Positions 55,203-64,000 of a DNA stretch of 64,000 nt are shown in pieces. This stretch comes from a virus (lineage: Duplodnaviria; Caudoviricetes). A program made the position numbers and the translations under genes. How positions within the stretch are numbered: position 1 is the first letter of the stretch; each line of letters opens with the position of its first letter. The notes under the pieces are model-generated. The model was not told the DNA's origin and made no database searches. It worked only from the letters and a program-made list of their open reading frames with translations. The stretch covers positions 22,352 through 86,351 of IMG/VR virus record IMGVR_UViG_2823732373_000001; one strand, written 5' to 3'.

Positions 55203-57325
55203 ACAAGATCACCCTCACCAACTTCCAGCGCCACCGCAACCTCGAGGTGGTTTTCAACGCGGGAATCTCCGCGCTGCGCGGCTCGAACGAAGCCGGAAAG
55301 TCCACCCTGATCCGTGCGATCTGCTATGCGCTTTTCGGTACGAAAGCGCTGCCCATGTCGCTTTCCGAGACCGTCACCTGGGGCGAGCCCGAGGCCTCGC
55401 TCAAGGTGGTGCTCGAGTTCACTACGGATTCGGTCGTCTACACGGTCAAGCGTGGCAAGTCCGGCGCCGAGATCAACTACGACGGCGGCATCGTGACGGG
55501 CCAGAACGAGTGCACAGCCTTTGTGGCCAAGCTGCTCAAGACCGACGCAGTGAGCGCCTCGCGCCTCATGCTGGCCAACCAGAACGAGATCCGCGGTGCG
55601 CTCGAGAAGGGCGCGGCCGAAACCACGAAGCTGATCGAGCAGCTCGCCGAATTCGACCAGCTCGACAACCTGATCGAGACGATGGAGGGCAGCCTCACCC
55701 TCGGCAGTCCGAAGGTGGCCGAGGCCGCAATTTCCAACGCCGAGATACAGCTTGAGCAGGCGCGCAATGCCGCGGTCCCCGTCAACCTCGCGGAATACGA
55801 CCGCCAGATCACCGAGCGCCAGCGCGAGCTCGAGGTAGCTGAAGCCGCCCTCGCCCGCCTGGACGCCGAGATTACGGACCTGTGCAACAAGGCGAACAAC
55901 CTCACCGTCCAGGCCAAGGACCGGAAAGCCGCCGAGAGCGCCGTGCTGGCGGCCGAGAGCCGCCTCACCACCGCCCGGGCCAAGCTCGAGGCCGCGCGCG
56001 GCGTGGCGAAGCCCGCGGACGTCGACCTGGTCGCACTGCGCGGCCGACTCGTCGACTTGGGCCAGATCGCTGTGGTGCGCCAGGCGCGCACCGAGCTGGC
56101 CAACCTGCTGGGCGAGCCCGCACGCGCCAAGGAGGACCGGTTCGAAGGCACGATGGAGACCCTGGTCGAAGAAATCGCTCAGACCCGGCGTCAGGTGAAC
56201 AGCGCCGCGCGCAGCCGCGACGACCAACGCACCGCCGCGCATCTGTGCGAGGTGAAGATCTCGACCGGCAGTTGCGCGACCTGCGGCCAGGACATTGGGC
56301 ACCTGCCGGAAGTCGCCGCGCGAAACGAACACCTGCGCGAGCAGGTTGCGACGGCCCGCGCTGGAGAGGCGGCATTCGCCAAGCAGCACGACGAGCTGGC
56401 CGACTACCTAAAGGAGCTCGAGGCCATCCAGAAGGAGGCCCGCCCGCGGGTCGACGCCATCAACCGCCTTGGGCAATACGTCAAGCCAGCGGACGCCCTC
56501 CTGCCACCGACCCTCGAGTGGACTGGTGGCGAGATCCCCGACGATGTCGGGGTCGAGGTCTCGCGCATCGAGGCTCAGATCTTCGACTTCGAGAAAGCCC
56601 GCCGCGCGTTCGACATTGCCTCTGGGCAGGCTGAAGCGGCCGAGCACGAGGTGGACGCGGCCGGCGCTGAACTGTGCGCGGCGCAGACCCGGCTCGAGTC
56701 GCTGCCAGTGGTGGATGCCACGGCCGCCCAAAGCTCGGTGGTTTTGGCGCAGAACCGGCGCCCGGAAGTCAATGGCGAGGTGCGCACCGCCCAGCGGAAC
56801 CTGGACAACGAGGTGCACGGCAAGGCTGCTGCAATCGAGGCCTACCAGCGCGCGGTGAGAGCCGCCGAGACGGCAGAGCGAACGCTGGTCGCGCGCCGCA
56901 AGGAGCTCACCGAGCTGGCGTTCAACAACGGACTGCTCAAGGCGGTGCGCGCGGCGCGCCCGGTCATCGCCGATAGATTGTGGAACCTCGTGCTGTCGGC
57001 TGTTGGGAAATACTTCTCAGAGATGCGCGGCTCGAGGTCGCGCGTCACCAAGGACTCCGACGGGTTCAAGGTGGACGGGCACACGGCGTCGACCTTGTCG
57101 GGATCGACCCTGGACATCCTCGGCCTTGCCATTCGCGTGGCCCTGACGCGCACCTTCCTTCCCACGGCACCGTTTCTCGTCCTGGACGAACCAGCGGCCG
57201 CCATGGACGGGAGACGCACCGAGCTGATGCTCGGATTCCTGGTGACCTGCGGCTTCCCGCAGACCCTGCTGGTGACCCACGAAGACATCAGCGAGTCGGT
57301 CGCCGACAACGTGATCACGATCTGA
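55196..57325 (+). CDS. Rad50/SbcC-like ATPase
   Basis: GSNEAGKS, coiled coils, CATC zinc hook, LSGS signature, VLDEP, VTH. Confidence 0.92.
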   Translation: MLNKITLTNFQRHRNLEVVFNAGISALRGSNEAGKSTLIRAICYALFGTKALPMSLSETVTWGEPEASLKVVLEFTTDSVVYTVKRGKSGAEINYDGGIVTGQNECTAFVAKLLKTDAVSASRLMLANQNEIRGALEKGAAETTKLIEQLAEFDQLDNLIETMEGSLTLGSPKVAEAAISNAEIQLEQARNAAVPVNLAEYDRQITERQRELEVAEAALARLDAEITDLCNKANNLTVQAKDRKAAESAVLAAESRLTTARAKLEAARGVAKPADVDLVALRGRLVDLGQIAVVRQARTELANLLGEPARAKEDRFEGTMETLVEEIAQTRRQVNSAARSRDDQRTAAHLCEVKISTGSCATCGQDIGHLPEVAARNEHLREQVATARAGEAAFAKQHDELADYLKELEAIQKEARPRVDAINRLGQYVKPADALLPPTLEWTGGEIPDDVGVEVSRIEAQIFDFEKARRAFDIASGQAEAAEHEVDAAGAELCAAQTRLESLPVVDATAAQSSVVLAQNRRPEVNGEVRTAQRNLDNEVHGKAAAIEAYQRAVRAAETAERTLVARRKELTELAFNNGLLKAVRAARPVIADRLWNLVLSAVGKYFSEMRGSRSRVTKDSDGFKVDGHTASTLSGSTLDILGLAIRVALTRTFLPTAPFLVLDEPAAAMDGRRTELMLGFLVTCGFPQTLLVTHEDISESVADNVITI

Positions 57326-57571
57326 TGCAAAAATGTCGCTCCATGGCATTGATGTCTGAGGCACGCTTCCCTTAGAGAAGGGACGGCGAGGTTGCTGAGG
57401 CCACTAAGAAAAATCGCGGACACCAAGACGCTCCCGCACAGCCGAATGCATGGAATGCAGCCCAGGAGACACGGTTAGATCGTCACTACGCCGTCAATCA
57501 GACAAATCTTGTCAGATGCTGCGACGTGTGCCCAATGAGACGAGCATGCGCTTGTCCTGGAAAGTTAAATT

Positions 57572-58747
57572 ATGAACAAGGAACTGCTGGACGCGCTCCG
57601 GTACAAGAGCGAAGGCACTGACCTCGACTTCAAGAGCGAACAATACCGTTTTGCGGGCGGCAACGATTTCGAGAAGGCCGAGATGCTCAAAGACATCTTG
57701 GCCATAGCAAATGCGTGGCGAGACGGGACTGGATACATCCTGCTCGGGTTCAAGGAAAACCGTCCGAATTTGGCCGAAGTCGTGGGTATCACCGAGAGCA
57801 TTGACGACTCGCGCCTCCAGCAGTTCGTCAATAGCAAGGTGACACCGAAGCTGACGTTCCGCTACGAGGAACATCTTTTCGAAGGAAAGAAGGTCGGAGT
57901 CATCGCAATTCCAAAGCAGAAGCGTCCGTTTTCAATCGTCAATCAATTTGGCAAGTTAAAAGGCAAGATGGTGTATGTTCGCCGCGGCAGCAGCACGGAG
58001 GAAGCAGAGCCTATCGAGATTGGAAAGATGGCTTTGGCAGATGCTGGTCGCGGAGAAGTGCGCTTGGACCTACAGGTGCTCACTCCAGGCAATGAGCCGT
58101 TACCGGACACGTTCACGTTGAACTACTTGCACTACACCGAGAATTTCCCGGACTTTGCAAGTGCTGCTCCAGAGCGCAGCGGCCCGTTCGGCATCTCAAA
58201 CTTTTCCCCCATGCGCGATAACGAGGAGTTCTGGCGCGAGTATGCAGAGTACATCCGAGTTCACAACGGGCTCGTTCAAATGCAGTTCGCTCTACGCAAT
58301 ATGTCAGATACGCAACTCTCTAACGCCAAGCTTGAAGTGACCGTGGAGTCACTCGATGGGCAGGGCTTTCAGATGCTCGACGACGATGACTTGCCCGAAC
58401 GGCCTGTATCCCAATGGAATCCCTTGCAGGGCGCTCGCAACTGGACGGGGATGATTGCACGACAAAACCCAGGGCTCGTCATTGACGACAGTGGTATCAC
58501 CCCTGTGTGCGACATTCGCTTTGGCCTACTTTTGCCAGGTGAGGAGAAGCGGTCGGACAAGCTCACCGTGGTCCCGCTCGGGCCGGGAAAGCTTCGCTTG
58601 CGCCTTCGCATTCTCGCCAGCGAACTACCGGCACCTCATGAAAGTGAGCGTGTGCTGGACATGAATGGAGCAGCCATTCGACTCGACTTTGAGGGTTTCA
58701 GAGGTTTTATGCGCGAGCGGCTTGAGCGAGAGAATCGCAACGTTTGA
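57572..58747 (+). CDS. Schlafen/AlbA_2 protein with beta-rich (Ig-like) C-terminal domain
   Basis: SEGTDLDFK, KDILAIANA, GYILLG, YVRRGSST; C-terminal QFALRN...LLPGE. Confidence 0.85.
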   Translation: MNKELLDALRYKSEGTDLDFKSEQYRFAGGNDFEKAEMLKDILAIANAWRDGTGYILLGFKENRPNLAEVVGITESIDDSRLQQFVNSKVTPKLTFRYEEHLFEGKKVGVIAIPKQKRPFSIVNQFGKLKGKMVYVRRGSSTEEAEPIEIGKMALADAGRGEVRLDLQVLTPGNEPLPDTFTLNYLHYTENFPDFASAAPERSGPFGISNFSPMRDNEEFWREYAEYIRVHNGLVQMQFALRNMSDTQLSNAKLEVTVESLDGQGFQMLDDDDLPERPVSQWNPLQGARNWTGMIARQNPGLVIDDSGITPVCDIRFGLLLPGEEKRSDKLTVVPLGPGKLRLRLRILASELPAPHESERVLDMNGAAIRLDFEGFRGFMRERLERENRNV

Positions 58748-58830
58748 TCGCCGCTTCGGCCCAAAGCTGCCGGTGAGCAACGAGCCAAGCAGACGCTCGA
58801 TGCGCAACGGCCCAACCAACCAGCCAGGTC

Positions 58831-59547
58831 TCAGATGGCGTCGATCATTTCAGCAATTGCATCTTTTCCGGTGTAGCCCGTAACGAAGCTCCAGCCGGCG
58901 AATGCTGACCACATGAACTGGGAGAGTGGCTTCAATTGATCTTCGTCATCAGACCAGTAACGGCTGCGTTGTAGAACCTGGGTGAAATTTCGCATGAAGC
59001 CAAACACCTTCGCATCGGAAACTTCGATCGCAGTAAGTGCGTATTCGAGCTCGGTGCGAAACATGTCGAGTTCGCGCACGAGGGCGGCGACACCCTGTTC
59101 ATTCAGGCCGTTTAGCACGGCATGCCAGCGATCTTGATCGTCTGAAACCTTGACCTTGAAGAACTCCCTGAACTTTTCCAGATCCATGAGTTCGTCAGTG
59201 AGATCCGAGACGGCGGGCTCGTGACACGCCCATAAAAAGTGAGTTATGCACTGGCGTTTGAGGTCCTCATAGCGGCGAAGCAAATGGGCCTTAACGCGCC
59301 GCCTCTTCTGCCACGCTGGGAGCCTGACAACTAAGACGTAAACAAAGAGGCTGACGACAACACCTACAGCGATATCGAAGACGACTTGGTTACCCGTTGA
59401 GAAGGGTTTGAAAACCTGCTCAAGCGACGTTCCCTTGACGAAATCTGGCCGTGGGTCTGTGCTTGACTTAAGCATGAGTATCGAACTGGCCACGCCGAGT
59501 ACCCAGAGCGCCAAGTCGAGTGCGTTTCGATAAAGGAATGATCGCAT
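58831..59547 (-). CDS. 2-TM protein with helical cytoplasmic domain
   Basis: Two hydrophobic segments followed by KRRRVK. Confidence 0.7.
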   Translation of the reverse strand: MRSFLYRNALDLALWVLGVASSILMLKSSTDPRPDFVKGTSLEQVFKPFSTGNQVVFDIAVGVVVSLFVYVLVVRLPAWQKRRRVKAHLLRRYEDLKRQCITHFLWACHEPAVSDLTDELMDLEKFREFFKVKVSDDQDRWHAVLNGLNEQGVAALVRELDMFRTELEYALTAIEVSDAKVFGFMRNFTQVLQRSRYWSDDEDQLKPLSQFMWSAFAGWSFVTGYTGKDAIAEMIDAI

Positions 59548-59849
59548 CGGTTTATTTTGTGTGAGGCCAGACATGGGGTGCCAGCTGACAACCATGCGGC
59601 AAAGCGTGTTGGCTAAGTCTCGAGCGCCTTGAGTTGCGTATGCAGGTTAGCGGTAGATGGGCGCTTGCCAGATGGCCGAATAACAGCCCTAGCCTGCGCG
59701 GTCGAGGCGGCGATGTAGTTCGTAGCCGGCCCTGCTTATCCCGCACTTTAATGCAGCGCCTCAGAATTCCATGCGCTGCCGCAGAAATCAATGGCAAGCA
59801 ACAAATGCCCGACGAGCTGTCTTGGAGCAGTCGATTGCGCGTCAGCAAT

Positions 59850-60146
59850 TTAGTCGCAATGGGCCGTCTCAGGGTCCTTCGATGTTGTTGCCGTTGCCAG
59901 GCCATTTTTTGTACTCTGGCGCAGCGCTTGCAATTTGCATTCGGCCGCACGAATCTGCTCTGACATCGGTTTGAAGGGGTCAGCGCTCGACGTCGCGATC
60001 GATCTGTCACCTGCTGCACACGGTGGCGTCGTCCAGTAGGTGAACTGGTCTCGCCCCTGACATTTATGCAGCTCATAGGGATAGAGCACGTTCGCCGTGC
60101 TCGCTCCTGCACTTAGAAATAGGGCAACAGTGAGGGGAAATTTCAT
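59850..60146 (-). CDS. Small exported protein (DUF4124-like)
   Basis: Signal peptide; HKC...Y...PC pattern. Confidence 0.5.
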   Translation of the reverse strand: MKFPLTVALFLSAGASTANVLYPYELHKCQGRDQFTYWTTPPCAAGDRSIATSSADPFKPMSEQIRAAECKLQALRQSTKNGLATATTSKDPETAHCD

Positions 60147-60240
60147 GATGTGACAAATGTACTAGCTACTTGGTTCAGCACACCAATCAAATACAGCACC
60201 TCCCCCACCCCGACAAAAACAAGAAGAAACGGGTTTCACA

Positions 60241-60444
60241 ATGGAAAACGCGGTCTATTTGACCCCGGCAAGGTTCGTGACGGTCAGGCTGGCATCGACC
60301 TTGACGGGCCTCACAGAGAAGGCCATCGACCGGAAGCGCGAGCGCGGTATTTGGCTCGAGGGCAAGCATTGGCGGAAGGTGGACGGCAACGTCCTGATCG
60401 ACATGAAGGAATACGAGAGATGGGCCGACAGGGGACAGGCGTAG
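60241..60444 (+). CDS. xis: Excisionase
   Basis: TGLTEKAI...GIWLEGKHWRK...LIDMKEYERW; overlaps the integrase start. Confidence 0.85.
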   Translation: MENAVYLTPARFVTVRLASTLTGLTEKAIDRKRERGIWLEGKHWRKVDGNVLIDMKEYERWADRGQA

Positions 60445-61691
60445 AACTGCGCGAAAAATCGATCCGGGTGAGCTTCACGCTCGCCGGCAAAGTCGAACGC
60501 GTCACACTCAAACTCATTCCGACCCCCGCCAACGAGCGGGCCGCAGTGAAGCTCATGGTCAGGGTGCGCACGGCGATCGCCAACGGCACATTCACCTGGG
60601 CGGACTACTTCCCCGAAGCGCCTCAGGCCAAGGACGCGGCGCCGGGATCCACGAAGACCTTCGGCGACTGGTGCGACCTGTGGCTTGAGACGAAGGGCCG
60701 GCTTGCCCTGAACACCTTGAACCAGTACCGGAACGCCTGCACCGTCTGGAAAGGGATCCTCGGCCAGGACACGGCCATGGCCAAGCTCAATCACGCGACG
60801 GTGGCAGCCAAGATCGGCGTCACGCCGTTTGCCTCGCCGAAGCTGCTCAACAACTACCTCATCGTGCTGCGCGGCGTATTCAAGCTGGCGGGCCGCACGA
60901 TGAAGGTCGAGAACCCCATGGAGGGCATCGAGAACAGCAAGTCGCAGGCGATCCCGCCGGACCCTTTGAGCGTCGATGACATGGAGCGCGTGCTGGCCAG
61001 CTTGCGCGAACACTACGACAAGCGCGTCTGGGCCTACTTCGAGTTCGCCTTCATGACCGGCATGCGGCCGGAGGAACTGATCGCGCTGCGCTGGGGCGAC
61101 GTTGACTGGGCCAGCGGCACCATTCGTGTGGAACGCGCGCGCACCGCCGGCGAGGAGAAAGCACTGAAGACCTACATGGTGCGCGATGTCGATCTGGTCG
61201 AGCGCGCGGTGTCCGCGCTGAACTACATGAAGCCCTGGACCTACCTGGCAGGCCAGCGTACTGAAGAGTCGGAGTTGGGCGGCCACATCTTTCAGCACCC
61301 TGAGACCGAGCGCCCTTGGAACGACGAGCGTGCGCAGCGGGACACATTCTGGCGACCGACACTAAGACGTCTTGGTATGCGCTGGCGGCGGCCATATCAG
61401 ACGCGGCACACCTATGCGGCCAACGGCTTGCTTGCAGGCGTGAACCCGAGCTACATCAGCAAGCAGATGGGACATGCGAACGCAAAGATGCTGTTCACCG
61501 TCTATGCAAAGTGGATTGATGGGGCCGATAGAGGCCGGGAGAAAGCAAAGCTGGAAGCGATGCTTAAGGGGAAGAATTCTTCCCTGGAATCTCCCCGAGA
61601 GTCTGAAGACTGGTCTTCTTCAGAAGGAGATTCTGGTAGGCGCGATTGGACTCGAACCAACGACCCCCACCATGTCAAGGTGGTGCTCTAA
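60420..61691 (+). CDS. int: Tyrosine integrase with arm-binding N-terminal domain
   Basis: Start MGRQGTGVELR; TGMRPEE, YQTRHT, MGH, VYAKW. Confidence 0.95.
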   Translation: MGRQGTGVELREKSIRVSFTLAGKVERVTLKLIPTPANERAAVKLMVRVRTAIANGTFTWADYFPEAPQAKDAAPGSTKTFGDWCDLWLETKGRLALNTLNQYRNACTVWKGILGQDTAMAKLNHATVAAKIGVTPFASPKLLNNYLIVLRGVFKLAGRTMKVENPMEGIENSKSQAIPPDPLSVDDMERVLASLREHYDKRVWAYFEFAFMTGMRPEELIALRWGDVDWASGTIRVERARTAGEEKALKTYMVRDVDLVERAVSALNYMKPWTYLAGQRTEESELGGHIFQHPETERPWNDERAQRDTFWRPTLRRLGMRWRRPYQTRHTYAANGLLAGVNPSYISKQMGHANAKMLFTVYAKWIDGADRGREKAKLEAMLKGKNSSLESPRESEDWSSSEGDSGRRDWTRTNDPHHVKVVL

Positions 61692-61710
61692 CCAGCTGAG
61701 CTACGCGCCT
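61634..61710 (-). tRNA. tRNA-Val(GAC), prophage attachment site
   Basis: AGGCGCGTAGCTCAGCTGGTTAGAGCACCACCTTGACATGGTGGGGGTCGTTGGTTCGAGTCCAATCGCGCCTACCA; 77 nt cloverleaf with CCA end. Confidence 0.97.
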
Positions 61711-61759
61711 AAGGATGTGTCCGAGAAGCAGTTATTGTAGCAGGAGAAAACACGCTTTT

Positions 61760-64000
61760 TTAGCGGCGACGTGCAGATCGCACACCAACAACCGCAGTGA
61801 CGATGCCGAGCACCTGCGTCAATCGCGCCGCATCGGCGATTTCCACAGTGAACGTCATCCACGCCGTGCCCTTCACCGACTGCGTCTGCACGCCGATCAC
61901 ATTCATCTTTTCTCGAGCGAACACATCGGAGATATCGCGCAGCAGGCCCTGGCGGTCGGCCGCTTCGACCGCGACATCAACCGCATAGACCGGCGCATCG
62001 CCGCCCTTCTTCGTCGCGCCCCATTCGACATCGATCACGCGCTCGCCATCGCGCGCAGCCATCGTGCGGAAGTTGCTGCAATCGCTGCGGTGCACGCTGA
62101 CGCCGTGGCCGCGCGTCACGAAGCCGCTGATGGCATCAGGCGGTGCGGGCTTGCAGCATTTGGCGAGCTGCGTCATCAGAGAAGACACGCCCACCACGAG
62201 CACACCGCCCTTGCCGGACTTCTCGCTGCCGCGCGCCTTCTTGATCTGTACGCCATCGTCGGGGTTCGATGCCGGCTCCGGCGGACGCAGCAGCGTCTCG
62301 ATGTTGCGCAGCGAAAACTCGTCCTTGCCCACCACTTCGAACAAGTGGTCCGCCGACTTGAAGCCAAGCTGCGAAGCCAGGTCCTCGAGCCGCATGGCCG
62401 TCTTGCCTTCGCGCTGCAGCAGCTTCTCGACCGCCTCGCGTCCGCGCGCGACGGTCTCGTGCGTGATCTGTGCGTTGAACCACGCGCGCACCTTGGCACG
62501 CGCACGGTGACTCGCCAGATAACCCAGTTCGGCATTGAGCCAATCGCGCGACGGGCCGCCTTCCTTGGCGGCGATGATCTCGACCGTCTGCCCATTCGAC
62601 AGCGGCGTGTTGAGCGGAACCATCGCGCCATCGACGCGCGCACCGCGGCAGCGGTGGCCCAGCGTGGTGTGCACCGTATAGGCAAAGTCCACCGGCGTCG
62701 CGCCTTGGGGCAATTCGACGATGGCCGCATCGGGCGTCAGCACATAGATGCGGTCGTCGAACAGCCCCTGCCCCTGCAAGCCGCCCGAGAGATCGCGCTC
62801 CCAGGCCAGCAGCTGACGCAGCACGGCGATCTTCGCGTCGTACTCGCCGCTCGCCCAGACGCCCGCGTACCCCTTGTGCCCTGCTTCCTTGTAGGCCCAG
62901 TGCGCGGCCACGCCGTGTTCGGCATGGTCGTGCATTTCTTCAGTACGGATCTGGATCTCGATCGGCTTGCCCGGCTTGCCATCGACCAGTTCGCGCACCA
63001 CGGTGTGCAGCGACTGGTAGCCATTCGGCTTGGGCCGTGCGATGTAGTCGTCGAACTCCTCGTCGATCGGCTGGAAATGCGTGTGCACCCAGGCGAGTGC
63101 CGCATAGCAATCCTTCACGTCCGCCACCACCACGCGCAGCGCGAGGATGTCGAACACCTGCGCGAAGTCGAGCGACTTGCCTCGCATCTTCTTGACGATG
63201 CTGTAGATGTTCTTGGGCCGCCCCTGCACCGTGGCGTGAACACCCTCGGCCTGCAATTCGCGCTCGAGTTCCGAGCGCAATTGCTCGATGTGGCCTTCGC
63301 GCTCGATGCGCTTCTCGTCGAGCAGGCGCGCAATGAGCTTGTAGGTTTCAGGCTCGATGAAGCGGAATGAAAGATCCTCGATCTCCCACTTCACCTGCCA
63401 GATGCCCAGCCGGTTGGCCAGCGGCGCGAACACCTGCAGCGACTCGCGCGCCACGCTCTCGGGCGCCGGCTGCTTGCTGGCCGCCGCATGGCGCAAGGTC
63501 TGGAGGCGCGAGGCGAGCCGCAGCATCACGACGCGCAGATCGCGCGAGAACGCCAGCAGCATCTTGCGCACGTTCTCGGTCTGCGCACCAGCGCCCTCGA
63601 TGTGATGACCCTGCGACGCCGAGCGGGCCTGCTCCTGCACGCGTACCAGCTTGGTGGTCTCGACCGCGAGCGCCGCGAAGTTGTCGCCGAACACCTTGGC
63701 GATCACCTCCTGCGGCCGGTTCAGGTGTTGGCACGAATAGACAAGATAGCTCGCCGCCTGCATCGCCTCGGAGCCACCCATCTTCGCGACGATGGCGGCC
63801 ACCGCGTCGGCATGCGCCAGCGTGTTCTCGCCGGTGTCGAGCTTTTCATCGGCGATCAGCGGCTCGGCAAATGCGCGGGCGCGCGCGAGCATGTTCTCGA
63901 TCACCGGCGTGCGGTCGGCCGTTGCCGCGGACAACGGATAGTCGACCACGGCGGTATCGGACAGGGGTGCCGTCTGCAGGCTCGAGGACTCGCGCTTCAC
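61760..64000 (-). CDS. relA: (p)ppGpp synthetase RelA (host gene)
   Basis: Degenerate HD domain, APLANRLG, RPKNIYSI, EFDDY...NGYQSLHT, EIQIRT, TGS, AKCC...HRSDC, ACT; start at the window edge. Confidence 0.93.
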   Translation of the reverse strand: MKRESSSLQTAPLSDTAVVDYPLSAATADRTPVIENMLARARAFAEPLIADEKLDTGENTLAHADAVAAIVAKMGGSEAMQAASYLVYSCQHLNRPQEVIAKVFGDNFAALAVETTKLVRVQEQARSASQGHHIEGAGAQTENVRKMLLAFSRDLRVVMLRLASRLQTLRHAAASKQPAPESVARESLQVFAPLANRLGIWQVKWEIEDLSFRFIEPETYKLIARLLDEKRIEREGHIEQLRSELERELQAEGVHATVQGRPKNIYSIVKKMRGKSLDFAQVFDILALRVVVADVKDCYAALAWVHTHFQPIDEEFDDYIARPKPNGYQSLHTVVRELVDGKPGKPIEIQIRTEEMHDHAEHGVAAHWAYKEAGHKGYAGVWASGEYDAKIAVLRQLLAWERDLSGGLQGQGLFDDRIYVLTPDAAIVELPQGATPVDFAYTVHTTLGHRCRGARVDGAMVPLNTPLSNGQTVEIIAAKEGGPSRDWLNAELGYLASHRARAKVRAWFNAQITHETVARGREAVEKLLQREGKTAMRLEDLASQLGFKSADHLFEVVGKDEFSLRNIETLLRPPEPASNPDDGVQIKKARGSEKSGKGGVLVVGVSSLMTQLAKCCKPAPPDAISGFVTRGHGVSVHRSDCSNFRTMAARDGERVIDVEWGATKKGGDAPVYAVDVAVEAADRQGLLRDISDVFAREKMNVIGVQTQSVKGTAWMTFTVEIADAARLTQVLGIVTAVVGVRSARRR

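Larger units (their letters stand above)
21184..60216. repeat. Dispersed CCCCGACAA motif, at least 16 copies
   Basis: Plus strand at 22813, 23668, 24468, 25489, 26360, 26672, 29805, 30167, 31493, 42279, 45510, 51550, 60208; minus strand at 21184, 21949, 23024. Confidence 0.85.
1..61710. mobile_element. Temperate siphovirus-like prophage integrated at tRNA-Val; left end outside the window
   Basis: Contiguous head/tail, repressor, replication, xis and integrase genes ending at a tRNA 3' end, followed by housekeeping relA. Confidence 0.95.

Noticed and set aside
54692-56389. 565-aa minus-strand ORF
   Set aside because: Antisense shadow of the Mre11/Rad50-like genes
60150-60419. 90-aa N-terminal extension of the integrase
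   Set aside because: Overlaps xis in another frame; ATG 60420 gives a typical arm-binding N-terminus
61715-63370. 551-aa plus-strand ORF
   Set aside because: Antisense shadow of relA
1-64000. Reverse transcriptase systems (DGR, retron), IS elements, lysis cassette
   Set aside because: No RT, transposase or endolysin motifs recognised; lysis and tail-tip genes probably lie left of the window

Overview
Most of the window (1 to ~61.7 kb) is the right-hand part of a large temperate siphovirus-like prophage. It is integrated at the 3' end of a host tRNA-Val(GAC) (61634-61710, minus strand) next to the host relA gene. The left att site is outside the window. The host is GC-rich and probably a betaproteobacterium (inference). 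Order from left to right: a minus-strand virion operon (tape measure, tail chaperones joined by a -1 frameshift, tube, neck, capsid, S49 protease, portal, terminase); two paralogous membrane genes; a three-gene operon of S24 repressor, 4-TM protein and caspase/CHAT-like protease; a long plus-strand early region interrupted by seven reverse-oriented cargo genes (Schlafen/AlbA_2, NERD/SEC-C, HNH-like, ComEA-like, MACPF-like and others); a replication module (SNF2 helicase, AEP primase-helicase, exonuclease, MazG-like, dNMP kinase, TraR, full-length PolA, RecU-like, Mre11/Rad50-like); further cargo; xis; and an integrase whose C-terminus is read from the antisense strand of the tRNA. The best candidates for an undescribed system are (1) the repressor-coupled membrane protein plus caspase-like protease operon, (2) a strongly over-represented CCCCGACAA(C/G)GTC motif in the early region, often inside hairpins, and (3) a signal-less MACPF-like protein. 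All family calls come from motifs read by eye, and no database search was run.
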